This document shows, in pieces, positions 11,901-24,399 of a DNA stretch of 64,000 bases. How positions within the stretch are numbered: the first letter of the stretch is position 1; each line of letters starts with the position of its first letter. The translations under genes were made by a program, and so were the position numbers. Under the pieces are notes generated by a model. The model did no database searches. It saw nothing but the letters and a program-made list of their open reading frames with translations, and was not told where the DNA came from. The stretch is from Octopus sinensis (taxonomy: Eukaryota). Location of the stretch: the NCBI RefSeq assembly GCF_006345805.1, contig NC_043008.1:58776001-58840000 (forward strand), in the 5' to 3' direction.

Positions 11901-12689
11901 AAGAAAATGCAGATCCACTAATCTACGCATTCATTGTAATTGTCTTGAATAGACAATCGGTAAAAGCAATACTAGAAAACGTGAGCTGAGATTGACGACA
12001 TTTGTGTGTCGTTGATCCTATTCCAATAATGGAATTAAACTGATGATTTATTTTTAGACGAACAGGGTAGTAGTAGTAATAATAATAATATAACAAAACG
12101 AAAACATTTTATAGGAAATAATTATTTTGACTTTTGCACTTTTTGACATAAGATTGATTTAGAGTATCAGGAAAATAGATTGTTTAATTCAAAAATATAA
12201 TAAAGATGACAGTACCAGTGAAAGCTTACAATGATTGAGGTGTTTGGCTTTATTTTAATAATAAAACAACTATAGCTATACTTGTCTCTATAGTCAGGTT
12301 TCTGTAGCTGTATATGTTATATAAAAAGTGTACACCTTTAGTGCGCTATTTGCCATGATTTAATTGTTATTTGAGAGACAGCAGATGTATGTGAAGGATT
12401 ATTGAATCATTCACAGGAAGAGAAATAGATTCCTTCTTCCTCGATGCAACGAATTCTTTTTATTGCTTATAAAATTAATGGTCAAAAAATATCGATCATA
12501 AATTTTAGATTACTATTAACTCGTATAAAGAACTTGACGTTTGAAAATAAAAGAAATCTATTGTTGTGCGGTTATTGTACATGTGTTTCTTTTTTTTCTT
12601 TTTAGTAAAAAAAAAACGCCATTAATATATGAAATCACCATGAGTGCGTTACAGTTGAGTTGTCATACTGGGTATATATATGTATGTGT

Positions 12690-12830
12690 GTGTGTACATA
12701 TACATACGCATACATATATAGTATATATCATATATATATAAATATATATATGTATATATATATATGTATATATATATGTATATATATATATATGTGTATA
12801 TATATATGTATATATATGTATATATATGTG

Positions 12831-12861
<31 letters not shown>

Positions 12862-12866
12862 GTGTG

Positions 12867-12897
<31 letters not shown>

Positions 12898-13455
12898 GTA
12901 TATATATATAATATATATGTATATATATATGTATGTATATATATATGTATATATATATGTTATATATATGTATATATATATGTTTATATATATGTATATA
13001 TATGTATGTATATATATGTATATATATGTATGTATATATATATGTATATATATATGTTTATATATATGTATATATATATGTTTATATATATGTATATATA
13101 TGTATATATATGTATATATATGTATATATATGTATATATATGTATGTATATATATATGTATATATATATTTTTATATATATGTATATATATATATATATA
13201 TTATATATATGTATGTATATATATATATGTATTATATATATGTATATATATGTATATATATGTATATATATGTATGTATATATATGTATGTTATATATGT
13301 ATGTATATATATATGTTATATATGTATATATATGTTATATATATGTATATTATATATATGTATATAATATATATGTATGTATGTATATATATATGTATAT
13401 ATATATATGTATATATATGTATATATGTATATATTATATATATGTATAATATATG

Positions 13456-13486
<31 letters not shown>

Positions 13487-13503
13487 GTATGTATATATAT
13501 ATT

Positions 13504-13534
<31 letters not shown>

Positions 13535-13545
13535 TATATATTATG

Positions 13546-13626
<81 letters not shown>

Positions 13627-13627
13627 A

Positions 13628-13659
<32 letters not shown>

Positions 13660-13690
13660 GCACACACATACACACATTTATATACATAAT
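12690..13690. repeat. ~1 kb compound (TA)/(TATG)/(TG) microsatellite array
   Basis: Continuous dinucleotide-derived sequence; source of the Y/I/M/C-only ORFs. Confidence 0.98.
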
Positions 13691-14441
13691 ATTTGGAACA
13701 CGTCTTTTGGGAAATATCTGAAAGAAATAGATGTATCATAGACTATTGCTATTATCGATTATGGCATCGTGATTAAGTTAAGATCTACTGCACCAACTAT
13801 CTGACTTATATTTTATATGCTACACAGTTCTGTTTTGAAATCCCACCATTAGTTACTAGATCAAATGATATATTCGGTAATAATTCACTATAAGTTTTCT
13901 ACAGGAGCTTAAAACCTCCTTTTATCCTTCTATACATCAAGTAATGAACATCATATAAAAGGATGTATGTCCCTTCGAGCTGCGCTCACAAAGTGGTGTC
14001 AGTTCCAGCTTGAAGCTATTTTGCTTTATGTCATTACATATTGTAATGCTTTGGAAAATGTCTTCATACCGTACACCATATCGTTGCCAACTGTAATAAA
14101 TTTTCTTCTGTGTCATCGTTATAAATTATATCTAGAAAGATCTGAGATTGTTTCAGACGTAAATAAAAATAGTACTAGTTTTACCCACCTACTCCGCATT
14201 ATAATTTCCAAATTACTAAACTATAGAGTGGAGTCATGCTAAAGCTTATCAGATTCCCGCTTCAGATTACGGAAACTATTAGAATAAATGTAAAAATCTA
14301 TTGAGTAAAAGAGCAATTATTAACCTAATTGTGTAGAACACAAAGTAAGATCTAGCATGAAACAAGTAAAAGAGTAAAAGAGAGTAAAGAGTAAAGAGAG
14401 AGTACTTTTCAATTTTTGTTTGCCAGTGTATTTGAACTTAC

Positions 14442-14512
14442 CACTGCAAAATTCAGAAAAACTAATGTCCCGCCCTGTCTATTAGGGAGAAGTAACTTCA
14501 ACACGTATTTAC
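14442..14512 (-). CDS. Candidate internal coding exon (71 nt), (G)KYVLKLLLPNRQGGTLVFLNFAV; product unknown
   Basis: Acceptor caatccacctttctgcag|G, consensus donor GTG|gtaagt, open phase-1 frame, non-repeat sequence; no partner exons established. Confidence 0.3.
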
Positions 14513-15360
14513 CTGCAGAAAGGTGGATTGAGTCCCAGAGAGATAAACGTATTGATTCACATATTTCAGTTATGGCGATGATGCGAAACGACAAGGTTTT
14601 GGTCGGTTAGCCTTACAGCATCATTCACGTAGCTGCATAAACTTTTCTGAAATCAACAATCTATATCACATTATCCTGTAGAAATCAGCTTTCTAGCTTC
14701 TTAACGAAAATCCATTAAATATTGGTTATATTTTGACGACATTCAACAATTCAGTATTTTATGGCAACATATGTAAAAGATGTGCCTATTAAAAAGCCAG
14801 AAAAGGAAGGGAAATAAAACGCTGCTGGCAAGGAAAGAACGTAGGCTTTCGGAAACATATTGTATATTCGGAGTGCCTGTCTCATTACGTGTTTAAATAT
14901 TTCGGATTCATGAGTCGGGAAAATAAGTGTTGATAAAGGCATATAGCTTAATATCTGTTAATACTGTCAAATTGATTTTATTACACCGAGGGAAGCCCAA
15001 ATTTTCAATCTTGTCAGCAGATCTGTCTTATCCTAAGTGGATATTATTTGCATTTTATTACGGAACATTTTAAAAGGAATCAAGAAGGTTATATCGACTA
15101 CTACGTAATTCTCTAACATTAAGAAATAGGCAGAAATGCCAAAGGACTAGTAAATAACTCCGTAGGAGACATTTAAGAAGTATTGATAAAGAAATTGGGT
15201 TGAAATACATGTCTATCATATGAAATGCTTCATCGTGAATTGACGGTGAGGGAGCTGAATTGGGGATACGACAGAAACGCTATTCAAGTACGTAATTACA
15301 TCCCACAATGTTTTGAATTTATATTCTAGCGGATAGCAATAAAGTAATAAGGAATCGAGT

Positions 15361-15713
15361 GAAGGTGTATGGCCCAGTGGTTAGAGCGTCGAGCTTATGA
15401 TCGTGAGGTTGTGAGCTCGAATCCCCGACCGGGCTGCGTGTTGTGTTCTTGAGCAAGACACTTTATTTCACGTTGCTCCAGATAACTCAGCTGTAGAATT
15501 GAGTCGCGACGTCACGGGTGCCAAGCTGTATCGGCCGGTGCCTTTCCCTTGGATAACACCGGTGGCGTAGAGAGGAGGGGGCCGGTATGCATGGGCGACT
15601 GCTGGTCTTCCATAAACCATCTTGCCCAGACTGGTGACTAGGAGGGTAACTTTCTAGGTGCAATCCCATGGTCAGTGTCATGACCGAAGGGGGTCCCGAC
15701 TCCTGACCGACCG
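15361..15713 (+). mobile_element. tRNA-derived SINE (family-D-type head, distinct tail) with 15-bp TSD
   Basis: aataaggaatcgagt at 15346-15360 and 15714-15728; ggcccagtggttagagcgtc A-box; tail ends in ccga/cctga short repeats. Confidence 0.85.
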
Positions 15714-15759
15714 AATAAGGAATCGAGTAATGCGATCACTCACACACACACACACACAT

Positions 15760-16136
15760 TTATATCTTACTTCATCTTCTCAGCTTCTTTGGTTCCATAT
15801 CCCTTGTGTTTGTAGTTCTTTGTCCTCTCTTTTACTTCGTGAACTTCTGTCCCTGCGTTCAGCTCCGAAACCGGACATTTCATACCGCTGCATTTTCTCT
15901 TTCCTGGTCATACTTGTGACCCAGTCTTCCAAGTTTCTCTTTCAACTAACTTTAGTTCTTTCCTCATTTCTTTCTTTCCAGTCCAAGCGAAAGTAGCACT
16001 TTTTCCTAGTTTCGTCATTATCACATGACGGTCAAGAAATGCAGATGCTAGAACATCCATTCTTTTCAGTAGAAGAATCTACTTTGAATTTTCTAAATCG
16101 AGCGTCTCTTTCCTTAATACGCCTGGCGTTTTGTCT
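15760..16136 (-). pseudogene. Decayed charged (R/K/E-rich) reading frame of unknown origin
   Basis: About 125 codons (RQNARRIKERDARFRKF...ERRDRSSRSKREDKELQ...) interrupted by three stops, all TGA. Confidence 0.3.
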
Positions 16137-16164
16137 TTATTAGGAATAGTCTATTCTACAATAG

Positions 16165-16285
16165 GCACAAGGCCTGAAATTTAGAGGGATGGGTAAGTCG
16201 ATTTACATCGACCCTACCACTCAACTAGTACTTAATTTATCAACCTCGAAAGGATGAAAGGCAAAGTCGACCTCAGTGGAATTTA
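16165..16285 (-). mobile_element. Family-A SINE 3' fragment
   Basis: ggcacaaggcctgaaattt...gaaaggatgaaaggcaaagtcgacc. Confidence 0.7.
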
Positions 16286-16463
16286 TTAGAAACAAATACA
16301 TTTATATAGCTGCCGTCACAGAAATCTTAGCTCACACGTTACTTAACTGGTGGAAAGCGTTATGCAAAATTTATGAATTACTTTTACGTTAATTTCACGA
16401 GCAGGCAATTCCGTTGATCGGATCAAGTGGAACCCTCATCATCGTAACCGGTGGAGTGTCACG

Positions 16464-16503
<40 letters not shown>

Positions 16504-16702
16504 AGAGAGAGAGTGAAAGAGCGCGAGAGAGAGTGACAATAATTCAAACAAACACATAAAGACCTTGGGTTTAAATATATATCATGTATGCATGTTAAAA
16601 GTGAAGGCGGACATAAAAGTTTCAGATGATCTCTCTCTCACACACACACACACATATACACACACACAGACACACATACACACACACACACACATACACA
16701 CA

Positions 16703-16757
<55 letters not shown>

Positions 16758-16764
16758 GTTTTGT

Positions 16765-17035
16765 TTTTGTATTTGGTTTGCAAGATTCTTTATGTGAAGC
16801 TCATTTTATTGCGTCTGTCTCTTTTAGTGCCTTATTACTTAACACACCCACCGGTTCGATTTCCAATCATTTACTTATTTATTTTTTTCTAAAAATGTTC
16901 GTTGCATCTTGCATCCTTGAGAGTCAACGACTATTGAAAAGGTTGCAAGATGCAACGAAAATTTTAGAAAAAAGATGTTAAAGGAAATTGAAGCGGTTTA
17001 TTAAGTAATAAGGCACTAAAAGAAAATTACAGAGG
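16765..17035. mobile_element. Hairpin MITE family, copy 1
   Basis: ttcgttgcatcttgca...ttgcaagatgcaacgaa core palindrome plus ttttagtgccttattactta/taagtaataaggcactaaaa outer arms; homologue at 63316-63650. Confidence 0.75.
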
Positions 17036-17061
17036 GAGAGAGAGAGAGGTTCCAATTTAAA

Positions 17062-17100
<39 letters not shown>

Positions 17101-17305
17101 TCCAATTTGCAATACAGAAGCAGCATTCTAGAGTATTTATCTTCATATCTGTTTTCAGTAAATAATGACCGATTCCCTTTTGATAGTTTTAATTGAGCTA
17201 AACATGCATAAAAAATATATCTCGACAAGCAGTTGAAAATGTGGTTTATTTTCGATTTATGTCTATTGTCATTATCTTCAAATATTCCCTTATACATGCA
17301 TACAT

Positions 17306-17376
<71 letters not shown>

Positions 17377-17377
<1 letters not shown>

Positions 17378-17496
17378 ATCACGTGATCACGTGACCGACC
17401 AGACCATCAGATGTTTTTACACATAGCTGGTCACAATGCGTTCGCATTGTTTTAGCCTTTGAATGACGCCAGCCACCCCGCTGGCTAAGCGAGCAG

Positions 17497-17500
<4 letters not shown>
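17377..17500 (-). mobile_element. 5'-truncated family-C tail inserted in (TA)n
   Basis: Reverse complement of ~5273-5386; (TA)n on both sides. Confidence 0.8.
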
Positions 17501-17571
<71 letters not shown>

Positions 17572-19784
17572 ACTTAAACGATGTAAGATAATCAGAAACA
17601 GAAACTTTATAGATGTTTTCAGACCGACAAAAGTGGTTGAATATTCAGAGTAAATATTTATAGACATATTACTGAAGATTATGTGTTGTGGGAAGGTATT
17701 CAAAGAGGATTTCACTAAAAGCTAGACTGCGTAGCGTGATACACTCACCACACAAACATACTATTATATCAAAATACTAGAAATGCGTATGAGAAAAACA
17801 ATGAAAATTGTATTAGCCCTGTATATATGTTTTTATATTTGTAAGTAAATATGGTATAGGGACATGTGTAACACACGAATATACTTGGTCGTTGATAATT
17901 TAACACTTGTCTTGTGTATAGCGTAGTGAAGAATATATTCATGTCAATATGAGATGTATATATTATGAGAAGCCGACATTGGTGCTCCAAAGCCTTGGAT
18001 TATTACGAAACAATATTATTAATTTATTACTTTTATTCCACTATGAGAAACAAAATTTGCAGCCGGTTGAATTAGTAAGATATTGGACTACACACAAGAA
18101 AGAAGGCATTTTAAGATACATAAGTACAATGTGAACGTACAAAAGCATATGATATGATACATTTAACTTGACGTACGGAAATTCACCTGTGATTAATCAC
18201 TATTAGGGTGGGGGACTTCGTGTTTTAAGAAAGAAGAAATCTGAGAAATTGTATATTCACAACTTTTTGGTTTTATTTCTGTGGTTTGCTTTTAACAGAA
18301 GTCGCATGAAATGCGAATCAAATGACAGTCTTGAATTTCTCAATGTTAATGTTATCCCTCTATTAGCCATGATAAACTGCCCATGTTTACGAATGTGAAC
18401 CCGAAAAGCTTAGTTTATTCGTTCTAAGTACATATTATGTGTCATAACGATTGGCAAATGATTGATCGTTTAACATCGTATAATTGAACAACTTTGATAC
18501 ACAAGCCAATCTATACGCCATTACAAGGACTGCTAAAAATTACAGCTGAATACTTTCAAATCATATGTCACCAATTTCACCTAGAGTTTTCAAACGGGCC
18601 ATACCGGCGAAAATATTCTACCTTTTTATGTTCAAGCTAGCGATATTATTCTAGAAATACACAATGCCATTCTAAAAAATATACAATTTCATCATCAACA
18701 TCTCAAAGCTAAGAGATAAGGTATGAGTAAATAAAAACAGCATTACACTTGGTTGAGTAATATGAATATGGAAGGGTTAAATAAGGAAGGGTACATTAGA
18801 TAATCTAGTCATAGAAATACAAACTGAGGGATCACTTGAAACACTTTTGATAATAGATTTCTCTATTCGGGGATAACCTTGAGCTTAGTAAAGCAACAAC
18901 CACAAAAACAAAAACAACTTTGGTATAGTGATGATAGAATTCCTTTGTAAACACTATGTCTCCAAGGATTTTTCACAACTCCTGCTATTAACAAATCTTG
19001 AATTCAGCCTTCAACGCTCCGAAGTAACACAACAAATATCTGAAGACTCTGACAGCTACAGCAGTTAGTTTATATGCTCATGGGAGACATCTTGTAGTAA
19101 AGGAGTTTTGTTTACAACCACCGAATAACATGCTGACTATGCAAAAGCACATGCAATTTTCAAACAACACAATCAATTTGATCTCCAATACTTTCGTAGA
19201 AGCTTATTTTTACAACAATCTGAAATCACTAATTGCTTCCAAGATAATCAGTAATTATGCAGCGATCCTGATAATCATATCGGTGATTTATACAATCCTA
19301 TTCGTTTAAATCGATTTTTCCACAGGAATATTTAATCTCTACGGGGTTTACGTTCCGTTTGAATTATATCTTCTTGTTTGATCATTGAAGTCGTGTTTAA
19401 CCCTGACCAATGTAGATTTGATTAGTTGTAATTAACTAATGTTGAAAGACTACATTTGTAAAAGTATATAGAACTGTGTAATGTAACAGAAATCACACTT
19501 AACATTACCGCGAACGAACATTAAGTAGTTTAATGAGACTGATATAATCTATTGCATCGTTTAGACGCAACTTTCGGAATTTCGCATTATGGTTGTATGT
19601 TTAAACTAAGACAACTTATCTTTCTCAAAGCTGCTATTTAAAGGAATATTTGATCTTAACACGCCAATTGTATAGCAATATAATTATATAGCTTTATAAT
19701 TATATAGGCTATAACAAATAGTAATTCTTATACATGGTAAATGTTTACATTTTGGTTAATAGCGTCGCTACAAAATTTATTATA

Positions 19785-20011
19785 TTGGGTTGTCCGGAAA
19801 GTTCGTGCCGATTTATAATAGCTTACCTTTAGACTTACCCTCCCAGGCACCTCAATTCTGGGAAGAGGGTTTTTTTCAAGTTAAAGGAAAGATGGAGACG
19901 CATTGTACAACAAAATGGTTTATATTTTGTTAATCAAAAACGTAAAATGCAAGTATTTATTGACCTTTTTCTTTCCTTTAAAAAGCAGCCCAATATTTCT
20001 GGACAGCCCAA
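19785..20011 (+). mobile_element. 227-bp mariner deletion derivative (MITE-like) with TIRs and TA flanks
   Basis: TA|ttgggttgtccggaaag...tttctggacagcccaa|TA; the interior encodes KLKERWRRIVQQNGLYF, matching the mariner C-terminus. Confidence 0.8.
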
Positions 20012-20396
20012 TATTTTAAACTGAATCTATCAAGGAAAGTGAAAAGATACATAATAGTTATGCTGTTTTAAATGTTTTATATCGAAGTTTGGGTGAAAGT
20101 CTTCAATGGGTTAGTTACAGGAGAGAAAGAGAGTGTACACGCAAGTATGTGTGTGTGATAACTAACCGCAAGATAATGAGTTCAATCTTCGTATTGAACT
20201 TCCTTTCTATACGATAACATTAGATGTAATTTGAAGTTGAATGGTTAGCAGTAAGAAAGATGAGCAGAATCCTCAAAAGATTATTGTGCAAAATATTCTG
20301 AGAAAAAAGTGTCTTTTTCACCACCACAAAACACACACACATACATATACACACATGCACACACATGCACTCACACACACACAAACACACGCATAA

Positions 20397-20429
<33 letters not shown>

Positions 20430-20441
<12 letters not shown>

Positions 20442-21195
20442 GAGGTATGTCTGTGGTAACTTGAGCTACAGCAAATAGCAGGCAAATCTCTTTTAAAACA
20501 CACCCTGTCATCAAAAGAAAGATACAGATTTACCGTATTCCAGAAAGAAAAGAAAAAAATATGTGATGGATCTGCTACATCAGTGGCAACTCTGGGCTAA
20601 ACAAAACACAAACAAACATACTTCACATTAGAAGACTATCAGACAAACATTAAAACATTAACGCAAACAAACATACTTCACATTAAAAATTATCAACTAA
20701 TAAATACTAATATACTTGACGGTATATTTTCGAAGTTTCATTCCCAGGTTAAAAACCATATTTTCGAATCCATAAGGAACATACCCACACGCGCTCACAC
20801 ACACACACCACACACACACACACACGCACACACACACATATACAGAGGTATGTCTGTGGTAACTTGAGCTACAGCAAATAGCAGGCAAATCTCTTTTAAA
20901 ACACACCCTGTCATCAAAAGAAGATACAGATTTACCGTATTCCAGAAAGAAAAGAAAAAAATATGTGATGGATCTGCTACATCAGTGGCAACTCTGGGCT
21001 AAACAAAACACAAACAAACATACTTCACATTAGAAGACTATCAGACAAACATTAAAACATTAACGCAAACAAACATACTTCACATTAAAAATTATCAACT
21101 AATAAATACTAATATACTTGACGGTATATTTTCGAAGTTTCATTCCCAGGTTAAAAACCATATTTTCGAATCCATAAGGAACATACCCACACGCG

Positions 21196-21235
<40 letters not shown>
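20430..21235. repeat. Near-identical tandem duplication, 403-bp period, bounded by (CA)n
   Basis: agaggtatgtctgtggtaac at 20441 and 20844; both units end ccataaggaacatacccacacgcgctcacac. Confidence 0.95.
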
Positions 21236-22286
21236 TTGCTAGATTTACAGTATTTCGTATTTCAGGAAGTGGTTCCCTGCTGTGGGAATGACTCCTTCAG
21301 GTGGCCCGTTTTTGTCACTGGTGTACTGGCTTGACTGTCATTCATCCACTACCGCTCTTTCTTTTCGGAACCCTCGAGAATAAAATGATCAGCAATCCAT
21401 GTCATACATTCAGATGCAACGATATGGCAGTTCTTTTCTCTGCATTTTTAAAGGCCTTTGTTTTAAACCGATGTCAACTTTTCTTTTCATTCTTTCATTG
21501 TAGACAAAATAAAGTACTAGTGAAGTAGTAAGGTCAATGGTATCGAGTAATCCATCTCCCGTCAAATCTGCTGACGCTTAACTTAAATCACAAACATTTA
21601 CCATAAGTATCTTTTCCTTATTTCTCATCGTTAGTGGATTCCTGGATCTTTTAGCTTATGTCACTGACGTCATTAAAAAGATACTAATAGAAAATTCAAA
21701 TGACATGTGTAAAATTGCAATTTGAACATAGTTTACAGATTACTTACGCTTGGCATTTACTTCAAAGTCAATGATATTTAACAGCCTTGGATTACAGGTT
21801 CAAGTGTGTATGACACAATATAAAACATAAATAGCTGCCGGCTGTACATCTTGTTGTTGACACAAGATCTTAAGCACGTAAATGAAAAATGTCGTTAAGA
21901 CATTTTATTCAAAATTGTGATACTTTGTTTAGCATCAGTGCACGTTTTCAGTTAATGGTAAATGATTATAAGTGAGATGTGAGAAGAAGAAAAGAGAAAG
22001 AAAAATTAAACGGACAGTATAGGTTTGATTTCTGAAAGAATTGTAGCAATGTGATACAATGTAAACTAACCTACCAAAATGAATTCTTGACCTTTTCGTG
22101 ATATTGCACTGGAGCACTTAGAAAAGCGTGTGAACAATATTGCATGCTGAAGTTACTACAGCTTGTGTGTGAATACCAACGGCCAACAAGATGCAACAAA
22201 GTGTGAGAGAGAGACTAATATAAATATATATTTCAACACACATGCACAAACGCATATGTGCGTATCTCTCTCTCTCTCTCTCTTCT

Positions 22287-22309
<23 letters not shown>

Positions 22310-22319
<10 letters not shown>

Positions 22320-23063
22320 CGTCAATATTTTTAGCGTGTCCAAGGCGGTGAGCTGGCAGAAGCGTTAGCACGCCGGGCGAAATGCTAAGTGGTATTTCGT
22401 CTGCCGCTACGTTCTGAGTTCAAATTCCGCCGAGGTCGACTTTGCCTTTCATCCTTTCGGGGTCGATAAATTAAGTACCAGTTACGCACTGGGGTCGATG
22501 TAATTGACTTAATCCGTTTGTCTGTCCTTGTTTGTCCCCTCTGTGTCTAGCCCCTTGTGGGTAGTAAAGAAATAGATATTTCGTCTGTCTTTATATTCTG
22601 AGTTCCAACCCCACAGAGGTCGACTTTGCCTTTCATCTTTTCAGGGTCGATAAATTAAGTACCAGTTGCGTACTGGGATTGATCTAATCGACTGGCCCCT
22701 TCCCTAGAATTTCGGACCTTGTGCCTAGAAGAGAAAATAACATTTTTAAGCGTGTCCATTTGGTGAATTTAACACAGACAGCAACACATAGGATAACTCA
22801 GATAACTCAGCAAAATATGTTGGAAAACATAGGGAAAGAAATATAGTTTCTATTAGAAATATAACGGGCTGCATTTGTTACACACAGCACATCTGGACGA
22901 TGAAGTGTAGAAGCAAATACGTTAAGAAGTATTGCGTGCTGTAGCCCAGATCATATTCACAAGAAAACACAAGCCTTTCTATATAGAGTAAAATTTTGTC
23001 CCAAGAACAGATAACAATATCGTATCTATACAAGCCTAATATATATATATATATATATCTATA

Positions 23064-23097
<34 letters not shown>

Positions 23098-23830
23098 CGT
23101 CAATATTTTTAGCGTGTCCAAGGCGGTGAGCTGGCAGAAGCGTTAGCTCGCAGGCGAAATGCTAAGTGGTATTTCGTCTGCCGCTACGTTCTGAGTTCAA
23201 ATTCCGCCGAGGTCGACTTTGCCTTTCATCCTTTCGGGGTCGATAAATTAAGTACCAGTTACGCACTGGGGTCGATGTAATTGACTTAATCCGTTTGTCT
23301 GTCCTTGTTTGTCCCCTCTGTGTCTAGCCCCTTGTGGGTAGTAAAGAAATAGGTATTTCGTCTGTCTTTACATTCTGAGTTCCAACCCCACAGAGGTCGA
23401 CTTTGCCTTTCATCTTTTCAGGGTCGATAAATTAAGTACCAGTTGCGTACTGGGATTGATCTAATCGACTGGCTCCTTCCTCAAAATTTCGGGCCTTGTG
23501 CCTTGAGGAGAAAACAATATTTTAAGCGTGTCCATTTGGTGAATTAATAACACAGACAGCAACACATAGGATAACTCAGATAACTCAGCAGAATATAATG
23601 GAAAACATAGGGAAAGAAATATAGTTTCTATTAGCAACATAACGGGCTCCATTTGTTACACACAGCACATCTGGACGATGAAGTGTAGAAGCAAAGACGT
23701 TAAGACGTATTGCGTGCTGTAGCCCATATCATATTCACAAGAAAACACAAGCCTTTCTATATAGAATAAAATTTTGTCCCAAGAACAGATAACAATATCG
23801 TATCTATACAAGCCTAATATATATATATAT
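22310..23830. repeat. Tandem duplication, 778-bp period, bounded by (TA)n; each unit contains a composite family-A SINE
   Basis: gtcaatatttttagcgtgtccaagg at 22321 and 23099; both units end gtatctatacaagcctaatata; scattered substitutions between the copies. Confidence 0.95.
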
Positions 23831-24399
23831 ATATATATGTATTGCACGATTGCTGTCGTTGTTTCATGTTGCAACGTGATTTTTATTCTAAGCTGTTGGC
23901 TATGATGTCCCTTTTAAAGCAATAAACTATATACTCATTTCATTAATGTTCCATAATACGTTCAGGTTTCAAATCTCATGACGAAATATATTGTCTCTCA
24001 CGGCATGCAGCCTGTTTAAACTTATGTAATCTAATACTCTACGGAAATATATTAAAAGAGTATTATCGGTGCATCCGAATACATAGACATAATGATATAT
24101 CGTTATTGTTTTTCAGATTGTACTTTTACATGCCAGATTGACCGAATATGTGAGAATGTACAGGAAATAAGATTGCTGAGTTGCAAAATCATGTAGTTTA
24201 TTTACATTTTTACTGTGATTGTCGATAGCAGATGTCTGTAGAAGATGCATTACAGTCATTTTATATACAGAAGTTCGAATACAATCAATGTCTCCTTTAC
24301 CTTTTAACCCTCACAGATCGAAAAAATTGTGGTCAACTACAAGGATTGGATAAATCTACTGTATTCATCCCCACAAACTTACAACCTTTTACCAATAAG

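Noticed and set aside
12660-13741. Long ORFs (up to 325 aa) composed of Y/I/M/C/V
   Set aside because: Translation of TA/TG microsatellite that lacks stop codons; the same applies to 8567-8827, 28637-29460, 29963-30347 and 39001-39493
21265-21530. Possible short plus-strand exons (KWFPAVGMTPS; QNKVLVK)
   Set aside because: Weak or ambiguous donors and too short to identify; expected by chance
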